From assembly GCA_963737655.1 (NCBI GenBank), contig CAVTTN010000002.1, forward strand, positions 3,360,001 to 3,424,000: 64,000 nucleotides of DNA. The letters are read 5' to 3'. The DNA comes from an uncultured Planctomycetota bacterium. Lineage in GTDB: Bacteria > Planctomycetota > Planctomycetia > Isosphaerales > Isosphaeraceae. The position numbers and the translations under genes are program-made. Each line of letters starts with the position of its first letter. The first letter of the stretch is position 1. The notes under the pieces were generated by a model. The model was not told where the DNA came from, searched no databases, and saw only the letters and a list, made by a program, of their open reading frames with translations. Shown here in pieces: positions 29,313-38,537 of the stretch.

Positions 29313-31019
29313 ATGATGATGGCCAGTCGTCCCATGGTGCCGATCCTCGCCGTGATCCTGTTCGCGATGGTGGCCCGAGCGGTGGCCCATGACCGCCCTC
29401 ACGGCCCTCTTCAGAAGACTCGATCGGCCATCCTCGCGAAGCATGGGATGGCCGCGACGAGCCATCCGCTGGCCTCGGCGGCGGCGATCCGCGTCTTGCA
29501 GGACGGGGGCAACGCCATGGATGCCGCCATCGCCGCCAACGCGGTCCTCGGCGTGGTCGAGCCGATGTCATGCGGAATTGGCGGCGACCTCTTCGCGATC
29601 GTCTGGGATTCGAAGACGAAGAAGCTTTATGGCTTGAATGCGAGCGGACGCTCTCCGAAGGCCGCGACCATCGACGTGTACCGAGCGAAGGGCCTGAAGG
29701 AGATCCCCGGCGGAGGGCCGCTGAGCTGGTCGGTCCCGGGTTGCGTGGACGGCTGGGAGACCCTGCGAGCCCGGTTCGGCACGATGCCCCTCTCCGACCT
29801 GCTCGCCCCGGCGATCTTGCAGGCCGAGCAGGGTTTCCCCGTCACCGAGATCATTGCCGGGGACTGGCGAGCGGCCGAGCGCGGGCTGAGCCGAGTGCCG
29901 ACCTCCGCCGCCTGCTACCTGCCGGGCGGGCACGCGCCGGCCGAGGGGGACGTGTTCCACAACCCGGGGCTGGCCAGGACTCTCCGCCAGGTCGCCTCGG
30001 GAGGCCGCGACGCCTTCTATCGGGGGCCGATCGCCGAGGAGATCGTGGCCTATTCGGGGAAGGTCGGCGGCCTGTTCTCCATGGAGGACTTCGCGACGCA
30101 TACCGGCACCTGGGTCGAGCCGGTCTCCACGAACTATCGCGGATTCGACGTCTGGGAACTCCCGCCGAACGGCCAAGGCATCGCCGTCCTCCAGATGCTC
30201 AACCTCCTGGAACCGTATGACCTGAAGGCGATGGGCGCGCAGTCGGCCGATTCGATTCACCTGATGGTCGAGGCCAAGAAGCTGGCCTACGAGGACCGGG
30301 CAAAATATTACGCCGACCCCGAAAAGGCCAGGGTCCCGGTGGCGTCCCTGATCTCCAAGGCGTATGCCAAAACTCGCTCCTCGGCCATGAATCCCGACCG
30401 CTCGAACGACGCCCCGACGCCCGGCGACCCGCCCGAGGCCGACACCATCTACATGACCGTGGTCGATAAGGACCGCAATTGCGTGAGCCTGATCCAGAGC
30501 AACTTCAATGGGTTCGGCTCGGGGCACGTCCCGGGATCGCTCGGGTTCGCCCTGCAGAACCGGGGGTCCCTGTTCGCGCTCGACCCCAACCACCGCAACC
30601 GCCTCGAGCCGGGCAAGAGGCCGTTCCACACGATCATCCCCGGATTCGTGACGAAGGACGGCCGGCCCTGGCTGTCGTTCGGCGTGATGGGCGGGGACAT
30701 GCAGCCCCAAGGGCATGTCCAGGTGCTCACGGACATGATCGATTACGGGATGGACGTCCAGTCGGCTGGAGACGCCCCGAGATGGAGGCATCTCGGCTCG
30801 TCCGAACCGACCGGCGAGCCGGCCCGAGGCGGAGGCTCGGTGGCCCTGGAATCGGAAATCGCGCCCGAGGTTCGGAAGGCCCTCGAAAACAAGGGGCATC
30901 GCCTGACGACCAGCCGGGGCGGATTCGGCGGCTATCAGGCGATCCGGATCGACCTGGAGCGGGGAATCCTGATGGGCGGCTCCGACCCGAGGAAGGATGG
31001 GGCGGCGATGGGTTACTAG
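29313..31019 (+). CDS. ggt: Gamma-glutamyltransferase family protein with signal peptide
   Basis: GGNAMDAAIA, GIGGD, PPNGQG, DTIY (nucleophile Thr), PGKRPFHTIIP, DPRKDG. Confidence 0.93.
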   Translation: MMMASRPMVPILAVILFAMVARAVAHDRPHGPLQKTRSAILAKHGMAATSHPLASAAAIRVLQDGGNAMDAAIAANAVLGVVEPMSCGIGGDLFAIVWDSKTKKLYGLNASGRSPKAATIDVYRAKGLKEIPGGGPLSWSVPGCVDGWETLRARFGTMPLSDLLAPAILQAEQGFPVTEIIAGDWRAAERGLSRVPTSAACYLPGGHAPAEGDVFHNPGLARTLRQVASGGRDAFYRGPIAEEIVAYSGKVGGLFSMEDFATHTGTWVEPVSTNYRGFDVWELPPNGQGIAVLQMLNLLEPYDLKAMGAQSADSIHLMVEAKKLAYEDRAKYYADPEKARVPVASLISKAYAKTRSSAMNPDRSNDAPTPGDPPEADTIYMTVVDKDRNCVSLIQSNFNGFGSGHVPGSLGFALQNRGSLFALDPNHRNRLEPGKRPFHTIIPGFVTKDGRPWLSFGVMGGDMQPQGHVQVLTDMIDYGMDVQSAGDAPRWRHLGSSEPTGEPARGGGSVALESEIAPEVRKALENKGHRLTTSRGGFGGYQAIRIDLERGILMGGSDPRKDGAAMGY

Positions 31020-31044
31020 GCGATCCGGTGAACTGAGAGATCAG

Positions 31045-31070
31045 GCATGCCCACGAAGACGTGGGCATGC
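31045..31070. repeat. Perfect 11-bp hairpin between convergent genes (REP-like or terminator)
   Basis: GCATGCCCACG-AAGA-CGTGGGCATGC. Confidence 0.6.
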
Positions 31071-31085
31071 GTCTCCACTTCGGGG

Positions 31086-32612
31086 CTAGGGCCTCGTGGC
31101 GGGGAGATTGACCTTCGGCCGGACGTCGTCGCTCATGAACGGGGGATCGGGCTTGACCGCCGGCCCTTCCAGCACCTTGAGGATGCGGTCGAGCTTCTTC
31201 TCGACCTCCGCGAGCCTCTTCTCCTGGTCGGTCGAAGTGCGGTCGCCCTGGTAGGTGAACGTCCTGGAGAGCGGGGTTGCGGGGATGGCCTCGGTGCCCG
31301 GATTCGGGACGACGTCCGCCCCGCCCTTCGGGTGGCCGTGGTCCTCGGTGCAGCGGACGAGGTGGTCCTTGTCGAGGAAGACGACCTGTTCCTCGCGCGC
31401 CGCCCGGCCATTGACGGATCGATCGAAGCGGATCGTTCCCTTGTAGTGGTCGTGGACGAGCCGGCAGTGACCGGCCAGCGGATAATTCTTGCAATCCTCG
31501 GTCTTCTGGCCGATGCGCTCGACGACGACATCGCGGTTCGGGTATCGCTCGTCGAGGAATTTGGCCCAGACTTCCTGTTCGGTCGGCGGGACGAGGCCGC
31601 GGGGCCGATCGGAGACCGGGAAGGCGATGTCAAATGCGTCTACGCGGGCCGTCGGGAGGGGCGACGCCTCGTCGGGGATGAGCCTGGCGGTGCGTGGAGG
31701 GGAGTCCTCCAGCGTCGTTTTCCGACCCGCTTGCGAGTCGGCCGAGGGCGAGGCGTCCTGACGGGCCGCGGCGGTCGTCGCCACGAGTGCGGCCCCGAGC
31801 GTGAAGGCCCCGGCCAGGAATGCGAGGTTCTTGAGCGTCATCGATTGACCTCCTTCGATCAAGGCGGACACCGACGCCGGGACCGACCCGGCGAGGAGTC
31901 CGCGTTTCACTTCCAGGGCGAGATGGGTGGTCGTCTCGACCAGCCTGCAACGCGCGGCCTTCGCCTCCACCAACCCCGAAGCGGCGATCAGGGCCGAGCC
32001 CGGGGCCAGGCCGAGCCGGGTCAGGCGTCGCCGGAGCCGTTCGCGGCCTCGGGCCTGGCGACTCTTGACCGTCCCGATCGGCAGGCCGAGCCGGTCGGCG
32101 GCTTCTCGGTGACCCAGGCCTTCCACGTCGCACAACCAGACCGCGTCGCGGAACCGTCGGGGGAGGCCGGCGATCTCGCGATGAAGGGCCGGGCCGAGCT
32201 CGTCTTCCGGGTTCGAGGTGAGGAAGGGCCTCCCGCGACGCTCGCCGGCCGTCCGTTCGTGACGCCTCCGCCGCTCCTCGGCCAGACGCGCCGACGAGGC
32301 GACCCGAAGGGCCACCCCATGGAGCCACGGGCCGAGCGCCTCGCCGACCCGGATCGTCCGGGCCCGCCGGGCCAGGACCAGGAACGTCGCCTGGAAGGCG
32401 TCCTCGGCCGAATGGACGTCATGCGTGACCGACCGGCAAACCCGGAAGACCCGGCCCCCGTGACGATCCACCAGGGCCGCGAACGCGGACTCCGCCCCCT
32501 CGCTCGGGCCCGCCACGAACCGTTCCAGGAGCTCGCCGTCGGTCCGACCGGCCTGAGTCCCCGTCCGATACAGGGCACCGATCGCCGCCCGCGAGACACT
32601 GCGTCCATCCAT
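31086..32612 (-). CDS. ECF sigma factor with TM helix and C-terminal extension (planctomycete type)
   Basis: AFAALVDRHG, AEDAFQATFLVL, GTVKSR; hydrophobic LAFLAGAFTLGAALVA then about 230 aa extension. Confidence 0.9.
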   Translation of the reverse strand: MDGRSVSRAAIGALYRTGTQAGRTDGELLERFVAGPSEGAESAFAALVDRHGGRVFRVCRSVTHDVHSAEDAFQATFLVLARRARTIRVGEALGPWLHGVALRVASSARLAEERRRRHERTAGERRGRPFLTSNPEDELGPALHREIAGLPRRFRDAVWLCDVEGLGHREAADRLGLPIGTVKSRQARGRERLRRRLTRLGLAPGSALIAASGLVEAKAARCRLVETTTHLALEVKRGLLAGSVPASVSALIEGGQSMTLKNLAFLAGAFTLGAALVATTAAARQDASPSADSQAGRKTTLEDSPPRTARLIPDEASPLPTARVDAFDIAFPVSDRPRGLVPPTEQEVWAKFLDERYPNRDVVVERIGQKTEDCKNYPLAGHCRLVHDHYKGTIRFDRSVNGRAAREEQVVFLDKDHLVRCTEDHGHPKGGADVVPNPGTEAIPATPLSRTFTYQGDRTSTDQEKRLAEVEKKLDRILKVLEGPAVKPDPPFMSDDVRPKVNLPATRP

Positions 32613-32660
32613 CCACACGGTTCTCCCCCCTCGCTCCGATCGGCGTCTCACCGCGGATCG

Positions 32661-32688
32661 TACTGTCCTCGCCGGGTCCGGCGGTTCC
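32661..32688 (-). promoter_or_regulatory. Possible ECF-type (autoregulatory) promoter
   Basis: GGAAC-18 nt-CAGTA on the minus strand about 50 nt upstream of the ECF start. Confidence 0.3.
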
Positions 32689-32791
32689 GAAAACTTGACC
32701 GAATCGCCGAGATCTCGTTCCAGAAAGGTTGGGTAGAGTCGAGGCCAGGCCGAAAAACTGCATCCAACCGTGCATGGCGGCATGAATTTTT

Positions 32792-32819
32792 TTGACAATA
32801 GCCCGGGCGCGGTTATACT
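32792..32819 (+). promoter_or_regulatory. Near-consensus sigma70 promoter
   Basis: TTGACA-16 nt-TATACT with an upstream T-tract. Confidence 0.7.
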
Positions 32820-32938
32820 CGGCGACGGTCATCCCTGTTTTCTCAGGGCTGCGCACCTTACCTCGACCGATCTGAATCACGGACGACCGACCCGCCCGGC
32901 GAACCGAGGAGCGGGATCGCACTCCGGAGGCGAAAGCC

Positions 32939-35900
32939 ATGCGACGACGCCCGTTCGGCCTCGACCACTCCGGCCCCCGCAATCGCCGGAAGTCCTCGTT
33001 CCGCCTGGGGATGGAAAGTCTGGAGGACCGTCAACTCCTGACCACGTTGTTCGTCACGAACACGGCGGATGCCGGAGCCGGCTCGCTCCGCCAGGCGATC
33101 CTGGATTCCAACAGCATCTCCGGCGCGAACGTGATCCAGTTCAACATCGCGGGCGCCACGGGTGTCCAGACGATCAGCCCGTTGACCCCTCTGCCCACGA
33201 TCACCAACAGCACCACGATCGACGGCACGACGGAACCCAACACCGGCACCACGCCGTTGATCCAGCTCGACGGGTCGAACCTGCCGGCCGGGTCGAACAA
33301 CGGCTTGACGATCAATTTGACGACGGGGACGACCACCCCCGTGACCATCCGCGGGCTGGCCATCGGCCACTTCAGCGGGGCGGGCGTGGCGATCACCGGC
33401 AGCATCGGCGGCAATGCGGTCCAGGGCAGCCTGATCGGCACCGACGCGACCGGGACGCTCGCCGCGCCCAACGGCATCGGCGTGCTGATCACCGGATCGC
33501 CCAACAACACCGTCGGCGGCCTGACCTCGTCGTTCCAGAACCTGATCTCCGGCAACAGCGGGCCGGGCGTCTCGATCACCGGATCGGCGTCCACGAGCAA
33601 CATCGTCCAGAATGACACCATCGGCCTGAACCTCACCGGGACGGCGGCCCTGCCGAACGCTACCGGGGTCATCATCCAGGCCGCCTCGCAGAATTCGATC
33701 GGAGGGGCGATCACCCAGGCCCGAGTGGTCGTCTCGGGCAACACCGGCCCGGGCATCCTTTTGACCGATTCCGGGGCGTCGAACAACGTGGTCCAGGGGG
33801 ACTATATCGGCCTGAATGCCTCGGGGACGGCCGCGATCCCCAACAACGTCGGCGTCCAGCTCGGCATCGGCTCGACCTCCAACAGCGTCGGCGGGACGAT
33901 CGCGGGCGACCGTAACGTGATCTCGGGCAACACCACGTCGAACGTCTACCTCGTGGGCGCCTCGAACAACCTGATCGTGGGCAACACGATCGGGCTGAAC
34001 TCCGACGGGTCGGCGGGACTGGCCGGCACCCAGGCGTCGACGGCCAACGTCGAGATCGAGAACGGCTCGGTCGGCAACACCGTGGGCGGGACATCCACCA
34101 CCGCGACCAACGTGATCTCGGGCGCGGCCGGTTCGGGCATCCAGATCGTCGGCCTGACGCCCCGATCCGTCGGAACGCTCGCCTCGGGCAACCTGATCCA
34201 GGGCAACCAGATCGGGACAAATCTCGCCGGGACCACGGCGATCCCCAACTCCAATAGCGGCGTGGTCTTGACCGGAAACACCACGGGCAACACCGTGGGA
34301 GGAACGGCCTCGCTGGCGCGCAACGTGATCTCCGGCAACGGCGGATCGGGCGTGGTCCTCGCCGGAGGGGTCACCACGAACACGGTCCAGGCCAACCTGA
34401 TCGGCCTCCAACTGGACGGCGTTTCGGCCCTGGGCAACGTCGGCGACGGCGTCCTGTTCAGCGGGGCCGGGGCGAATTCGATCGGGGGGACCGTCACCGG
34501 GGCCGGGAACGTCATCGCCTTCAACGGCGGGGCCGGCGTGGACGTGGCCTCGGGCACCGGCGCCAACATCCGCGAGAATTCGATCTACTCCAACACCGGC
34601 CTGGGGATCGACCTCGCCCCGAAGGGCGTGAACCCCAACGCCGCCACCAACCCCGGCACCGGCGCCAACAACCTCCAGAATTACCCGGTGATCACCGGGG
34701 TGACCACCACCAACGGCACCACGACCGTCACCGGGACGTTGCACAGCACTCCCTCGACGACCTTCGCCGTCGAATTCTTCGCCAACACCACGGCGGACCC
34801 CTCGGGCTTCGGCCAGGGCCGCTCGTTCGTCGGCACGACGACCGTGACCACGGACAGCAGCGGCAACGCCACGTTCTCCGCCGCCACCACCACCGCGGTC
34901 ACGACCGGACAGGTCGTCTCCGCCACGGCGACCGACGGAGGGGGCAACACCTCCGAGTTCTCGGCCAACGTGGGCAACGTCCCGCCGACGGCCGACCTCG
35001 CCCTGATCCTTCAGAGGACGCCCGAGCCGGTCGCCGTCAACGGCCTGTTGACCTACACGATCGGGGTGGCCAACGGCGGCCCGAATTCCGCCTCGAACGT
35101 CGTGGTGACCGACACCCTGCCCGCGGGCGTGACGTTCCAGTCCGCGAAGGCGAGCACCGGTAGCCTCGCCCAGAGCGGGACGACCGTGACGTTCACCGTC
35201 GGGACCCTCCTCTCGGGGGCCACCGCGTCGTTCACGATCAACGTCGTGCCGACGACCTCCGGGACGATCGCCAACACGGCCACGGCCACCCTGACCGAGA
35301 CCGATCCGACCCCCGCGAATGACACCGCCACGGTCAATTCGACGGTCCAGCAAGGGGTGGATCTCGTCGTGGCCTCGACGGTCAGCCCCAACCCGGCGAT
35401 CGTCGGGACCCCCTCGGCGTTCACCTTCACGGTCACGAACTCCTCGACGACCACCACCGCCACCAACGTGATCCTGACGGCCCCCCTGCCCTCGTTCGGC
35501 GTGACCTACGTGTCGTCGTCGAGCAGCCAGGGATCGACGGCCACCAACGCCGGAGGCACCGGCGTGGGCGCGGCGATCGGCTCGCTCGCCCCGGGCGCCT
35601 CGGCCACCGTGACGATCAACCTCACGCCCCTGGGCACCGGGACGATGGGGCTCGTGGCCACCGCCGCCTCGGATCAGGTCGATTCCAACCCGGCGAACAA
35701 CATCGCGTCGCCGATCATCACGGTCAACGCCGCGACGTCCACCCCCTCCACGCCCACCGGCTCGACCGGCCCGAAGGTCATCAGCCTGAACCGGACCGGC
35801 ATCCACGGCCAGGCCACCGAGATCAACGTCGGCTTCGACACCGTCCTGACGATCGCCCCCGCTCAGACCCTGAGCAATTACACGCTCGTCTCGGCCGGGG

Positions 35901-36229
35901 CGGACGGCAAGTTCAACACCAAGGACGACCAGAAGATCAAGCTGAGCACCGCGGACTTCACCACGGCCGGGAACATCGTGACCCTGACCACCAAGAAGTT
36001 CGTGCCCCTGAAGCAGAAGCTGCAATTGACGATCAACGGGATGCCCGCGGCCGGCCTGACCAACACCGCCGGAGCGTTCCTCGCTGGCAACGGCACGACC
36101 TCGGGGACGAACTTCGTCGAGGTCTTCACCCGGACCGGACCGGGCAACCTCGCCCAGGCCGCGGCGGTCGACGAGGCCCTGGCCAGCGGGGTGAAGGTCA
36201 AGAAGGCGTCCGCCCACAAGGCTGGCTGA
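32939..36229 (+). CDS. Large secreted protein: export motif, parallel beta-helix, two DUF11-like domains, C-terminal Ig-like domain
   Basis: ESLEDRQLLT, GSLRQAI, N.IGG..N.ISGN repeats, GNTSEFS, LTYTI.V.N.GP..A.NVVVTDTLP. Confidence 0.88.
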   Translation: MRRRPFGLDHSGPRNRRKSSFRLGMESLEDRQLLTTLFVTNTADAGAGSLRQAILDSNSISGANVIQFNIAGATGVQTISPLTPLPTITNSTTIDGTTEPNTGTTPLIQLDGSNLPAGSNNGLTINLTTGTTTPVTIRGLAIGHFSGAGVAITGSIGGNAVQGSLIGTDATGTLAAPNGIGVLITGSPNNTVGGLTSSFQNLISGNSGPGVSITGSASTSNIVQNDTIGLNLTGTAALPNATGVIIQAASQNSIGGAITQARVVVSGNTGPGILLTDSGASNNVVQGDYIGLNASGTAAIPNNVGVQLGIGSTSNSVGGTIAGDRNVISGNTTSNVYLVGASNNLIVGNTIGLNSDGSAGLAGTQASTANVEIENGSVGNTVGGTSTTATNVISGAAGSGIQIVGLTPRSVGTLASGNLIQGNQIGTNLAGTTAIPNSNSGVVLTGNTTGNTVGGTASLARNVISGNGGSGVVLAGGVTTNTVQANLIGLQLDGVSALGNVGDGVLFSGAGANSIGGTVTGAGNVIAFNGGAGVDVASGTGANIRENSIYSNTGLGIDLAPKGVNPNAATNPGTGANNLQNYPVITGVTTTNGTTTVTGTLHSTPSTTFAVEFFANTTADPSGFGQGRSFVGTTTVTTDSSGNATFSAATTTAVTTGQVVSATATDGGGNTSEFSANVGNVPPTADLALILQRTPEPVAVNGLLTYTIGVANGGPNSASNVVVTDTLPAGVTFQSAKASTGSLAQSGTTVTFTVGTLLSGATASFTINVVPTTSGTIANTATATLTETDPTPANDTATVNSTVQQGVDLVVASTVSPNPAIVGTPSAFTFTVTNSSTTTTATNVILTAPLPSFGVTYVSSSSSQGSTATNAGGTGVGAAIGSLAPGASATVTINLTPLGTGTMGLVATAASDQVDSNPANNIASPIITVNAATSTPSTPTGSTGPKVISLNRTGIHGQATEINVGFDTVLTIAPAQTLSNYTLVSAGADGKFNTKDDQKIKLSTADFTTAGNIVTLTTKKFVPLKQKLQLTINGMPAAGLTNTAGAFLAGNGTTSGTNFVEVFTRTGPGNLAQAAAVDEALASGVKVKKASAHKAG

Positions 36230-36320
36230 GGACAGACCCCAAGGATCGGCGAGGCCGTGGCCAGGCGAAACCCATCCGGGACGCCTGGAAACGGCCTCGC
36301 CCGTTCCTCCCGACGACCGA

Positions 36321-37472
36321 TCAGGACGAAGCCTGGCCGTCGAGCAGCCACAACGCATGGGGCAGCGCGTGGCGATACGGCGGGTCGTCCCGGGCCGATT
36401 CGAGGGCCGCGGAGACCCGGTCGGCCGGGCCGAATTCCGGGGCTTGCACCATCCTCGGCAGCCTCCGGCTGTTCGGGCACTCGACCTCCGTGCTGATCTC
36501 GTCGGCCATCCTCACCAGGTGATACGTCGCGGCCCCGCTGCCGCCCTTCGTGGTCACGGAAACGGCCGAGATCCGGGCGGGCGAGGCGTCGTCGTCGAGC
36601 TCGGAAATCAAGGTCACGGCGATGTCGCCCGACGGGCCGGTGAAGACCGCCTCAACCCGGTTCGGAGCGGCCTGGACGCGTGATTTCGGCGACCAATTCA
36701 GTTGGCCCGCGAGCCATCCTCCCAGCCAGGCGGCCACGCGGGGCGGAGTTCCGGCGGAGGTCGTGACCGATTCGATCCGAACCGACGCGATCCGCCCGAG
36801 TTCCTCTTCCCGGCCGGGGGGATCGAAGAACGTGGCGAGCACCTCCCGCCATTTCGTGATCCCGAACCACGCCAGATCGCGGCCGAATTTGTGCCGTTCC
36901 AGGTCCAAGGCCTCGCGGACGACCTCGGGCGACGTGCCGGGATCGGGCAGCTCGAACAAAACGCGGTTCGAATCGCGGGCGAGCTCGCAGAACGTCGGCA
37001 AGGCCGATCGCGGGTCGCCGGCCCACCACAGGAACGTGGGCAAATCGGATTCGAGCAAGGGCCGGACGGCCCCCGGCAGCAAATCAAACCCTTCGGGACC
37101 GGCCGAAAGGCCGATTCGCTCGCTGCAAACCTGCGGCATCCCCGGCGCGGGCAGATGGCAGAGCGCCGAGACCTCTGCGACGACCGACCGGCCGGCCTTG
37201 GGGTCAACTCGCAAGGCAATCGCCCGGCACGGATAGCGAGCCACGACGGTATCGAGGACGCCCTCATCGGCCGGGACATCCCCGCCGAGATGGGCGACGA
37301 CGAGGTTCGCCAAGGCCACCCGGGTGACGTTGGGATTCTCCAGGTCGGGCCCGCCCTCGCGCTCGGCGGCCGGCCCCCAGAGGTCGGCCAGGGCGGATTC
37401 CACCTTGGACAGATCAATCGGGACGCCCTGGCCGCTGAGGAAGGCGTCGGAAGACGGGGCGGCGTCGGTCAT
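36321..37472 (-). CDS. opcA: Glucose-6-phosphate dehydrogenase assembly protein OpcA
   Basis: NLVV, PCRAI, VCSERI, DLPTFLWW, DLAW...WR...A..FD; downstream of zwf. Confidence 0.85.
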   Translation of the reverse strand: MTDAAPSSDAFLSGQGVPIDLSKVESALADLWGPAAEREGGPDLENPNVTRVALANLVVAHLGGDVPADEGVLDTVVARYPCRAIALRVDPKAGRSVVAEVSALCHLPAPGMPQVCSERIGLSAGPEGFDLLPGAVRPLLESDLPTFLWWAGDPRSALPTFCELARDSNRVLFELPDPGTSPEVVREALDLERHKFGRDLAWFGITKWREVLATFFDPPGREEELGRIASVRIESVTTSAGTPPRVAAWLGGWLAGQLNWSPKSRVQAAPNRVEAVFTGPSGDIAVTLISELDDDASPARISAVSVTTKGGSGAATYHLVRMADEISTEVECPNSRRLPRMVQAPEFGPADRVSAALESARDDPPYRHALPHALWLLDGQASS

Positions 37473-37511
37473 GGTCGGGCCTCTCTCTCGGGCGGTGCGG
37501 CCGGGTCGAGA

Positions 37512-38537
37512 TCATTTCGAGGCGATCGCCGGACGTTTCCACTGGGCGCGGCGGTCGAGCTCATGGAACACGTTGCGTGCCTCTTCGGCCAGGCGTGGAT
37601 AGCGAGTCGGCCAGTTCTCCGGGCCATGCTCGTCGGCGACCTTGCGGATCGCGGCGAGGACGTCCGCGGGCAGGACGTCGGGCGTCTCGGTGTTCGGCCC
37701 GATGAAGAGGGCGACGCGACATAAGGTGTCGAGTGCAGCGTGGCGGACCATTGGCGCCTCGCGACGATCGAGGAGTCGCTCCTGGATGTCCGGGATGGCC
37801 TCCGCGGCGTCCGATCTCATCATCGCGAGGGTCCGCAGGATGGATAGCCTCCGGCCCGCCACCTCGAAAGAATCGCCACGATGTGCATTCAGAGAGCCGA
37901 GGAGGGCCGGGACGGCCCCCTTCGCCCGTCCCTGGAGCATCTGCAACTGCTGGAGGACCGAATCCCAGAGCCATTTCTCGAAAGCGGGATCGCTCTCGAA
38001 CGCGACCAGCGCGATCAGTTCGTCTCGGGCGTCCGCTTCGGTCAAGGCAAGCCGGCCCAGGAGTTGGACCGAGGCGAGCCGGACGTCGAGCGGCCCTGGG
38101 GTCCGGGCGATCCGTGTCGCGACCACGTGGGCGCCTCGGGCGTCCCGGCCGAGCAGGGTGAGGATGCTCAGAGCGTTGTGGGCGAGGACGGAGTCGCCGG
38201 CCCGATACGCCCGGTCGGCCAGGGCCGAGAGCTGAGACGCCGCCATCGCCGAGGCCCCGACCTTCTGGGCGCGCCACAGCGCCGTCTTGAGCTCCACCGT
38301 TTGGCTGAACAGTTGATAGTCTAGTTGCCCCGGCTGACCCGAGGCGATGACCGTCGTGGCCCTTCGCTGGGTGACGGCCTCGATCAGCCGATGCGTCGCC
38401 TCCTTGCGGATCAGGTAGAGTCGAACCGCCAGGACGACTGCGACGAGCGCGACGGCGGCCATCAGCGTCCGCACCCGGAGAGCGGGCCGCCACCAGGCGC
38501 GTTTCTTGGTCGCGATCTCCTCGCCCTCGGCCTTCAC
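37512..38537 (-). CDS. Membrane-anchored HEAT-repeat-like protein
   Basis: RVRTLMAAVALVAVVLA anchor; AVPALL, AIPDI, VRHAALDTL; GTGA overlap with the zwf stop. Confidence 0.65.
   Translation of the reverse strand: MKAEGEEIATKKRAWWRPALRVRTLMAAVALVAVVLAVRLYLIRKEATHRLIEAVTQRRATTVIASGQPGQLDYQLFSQTVELKTALWRAQKVGASAMAASQLSALADRAYRAGDSVLAHNALSILTLLGRDARGAHVVATRIARTPGPLDVRLASVQLLGRLALTEADARDELIALVAFESDPAFEKWLWDSVLQQLQMLQGRAKGAVPALLGSLNAHRGDSFEVAGRRLSILRTLAMMRSDAAEAIPDIQERLLDRREAPMVRHAALDTLCRVALFIGPNTETPDVLPADVLAAIRKVADEHGPENWPTRYPRLAEEARNVFHELDRRAQWKRPAIASK

Noticed and set aside
33400..34600. Internal DNA repeats in the large secreted gene as a repeat element
   Set aside because: They are degenerate coding repeats of the beta-helix
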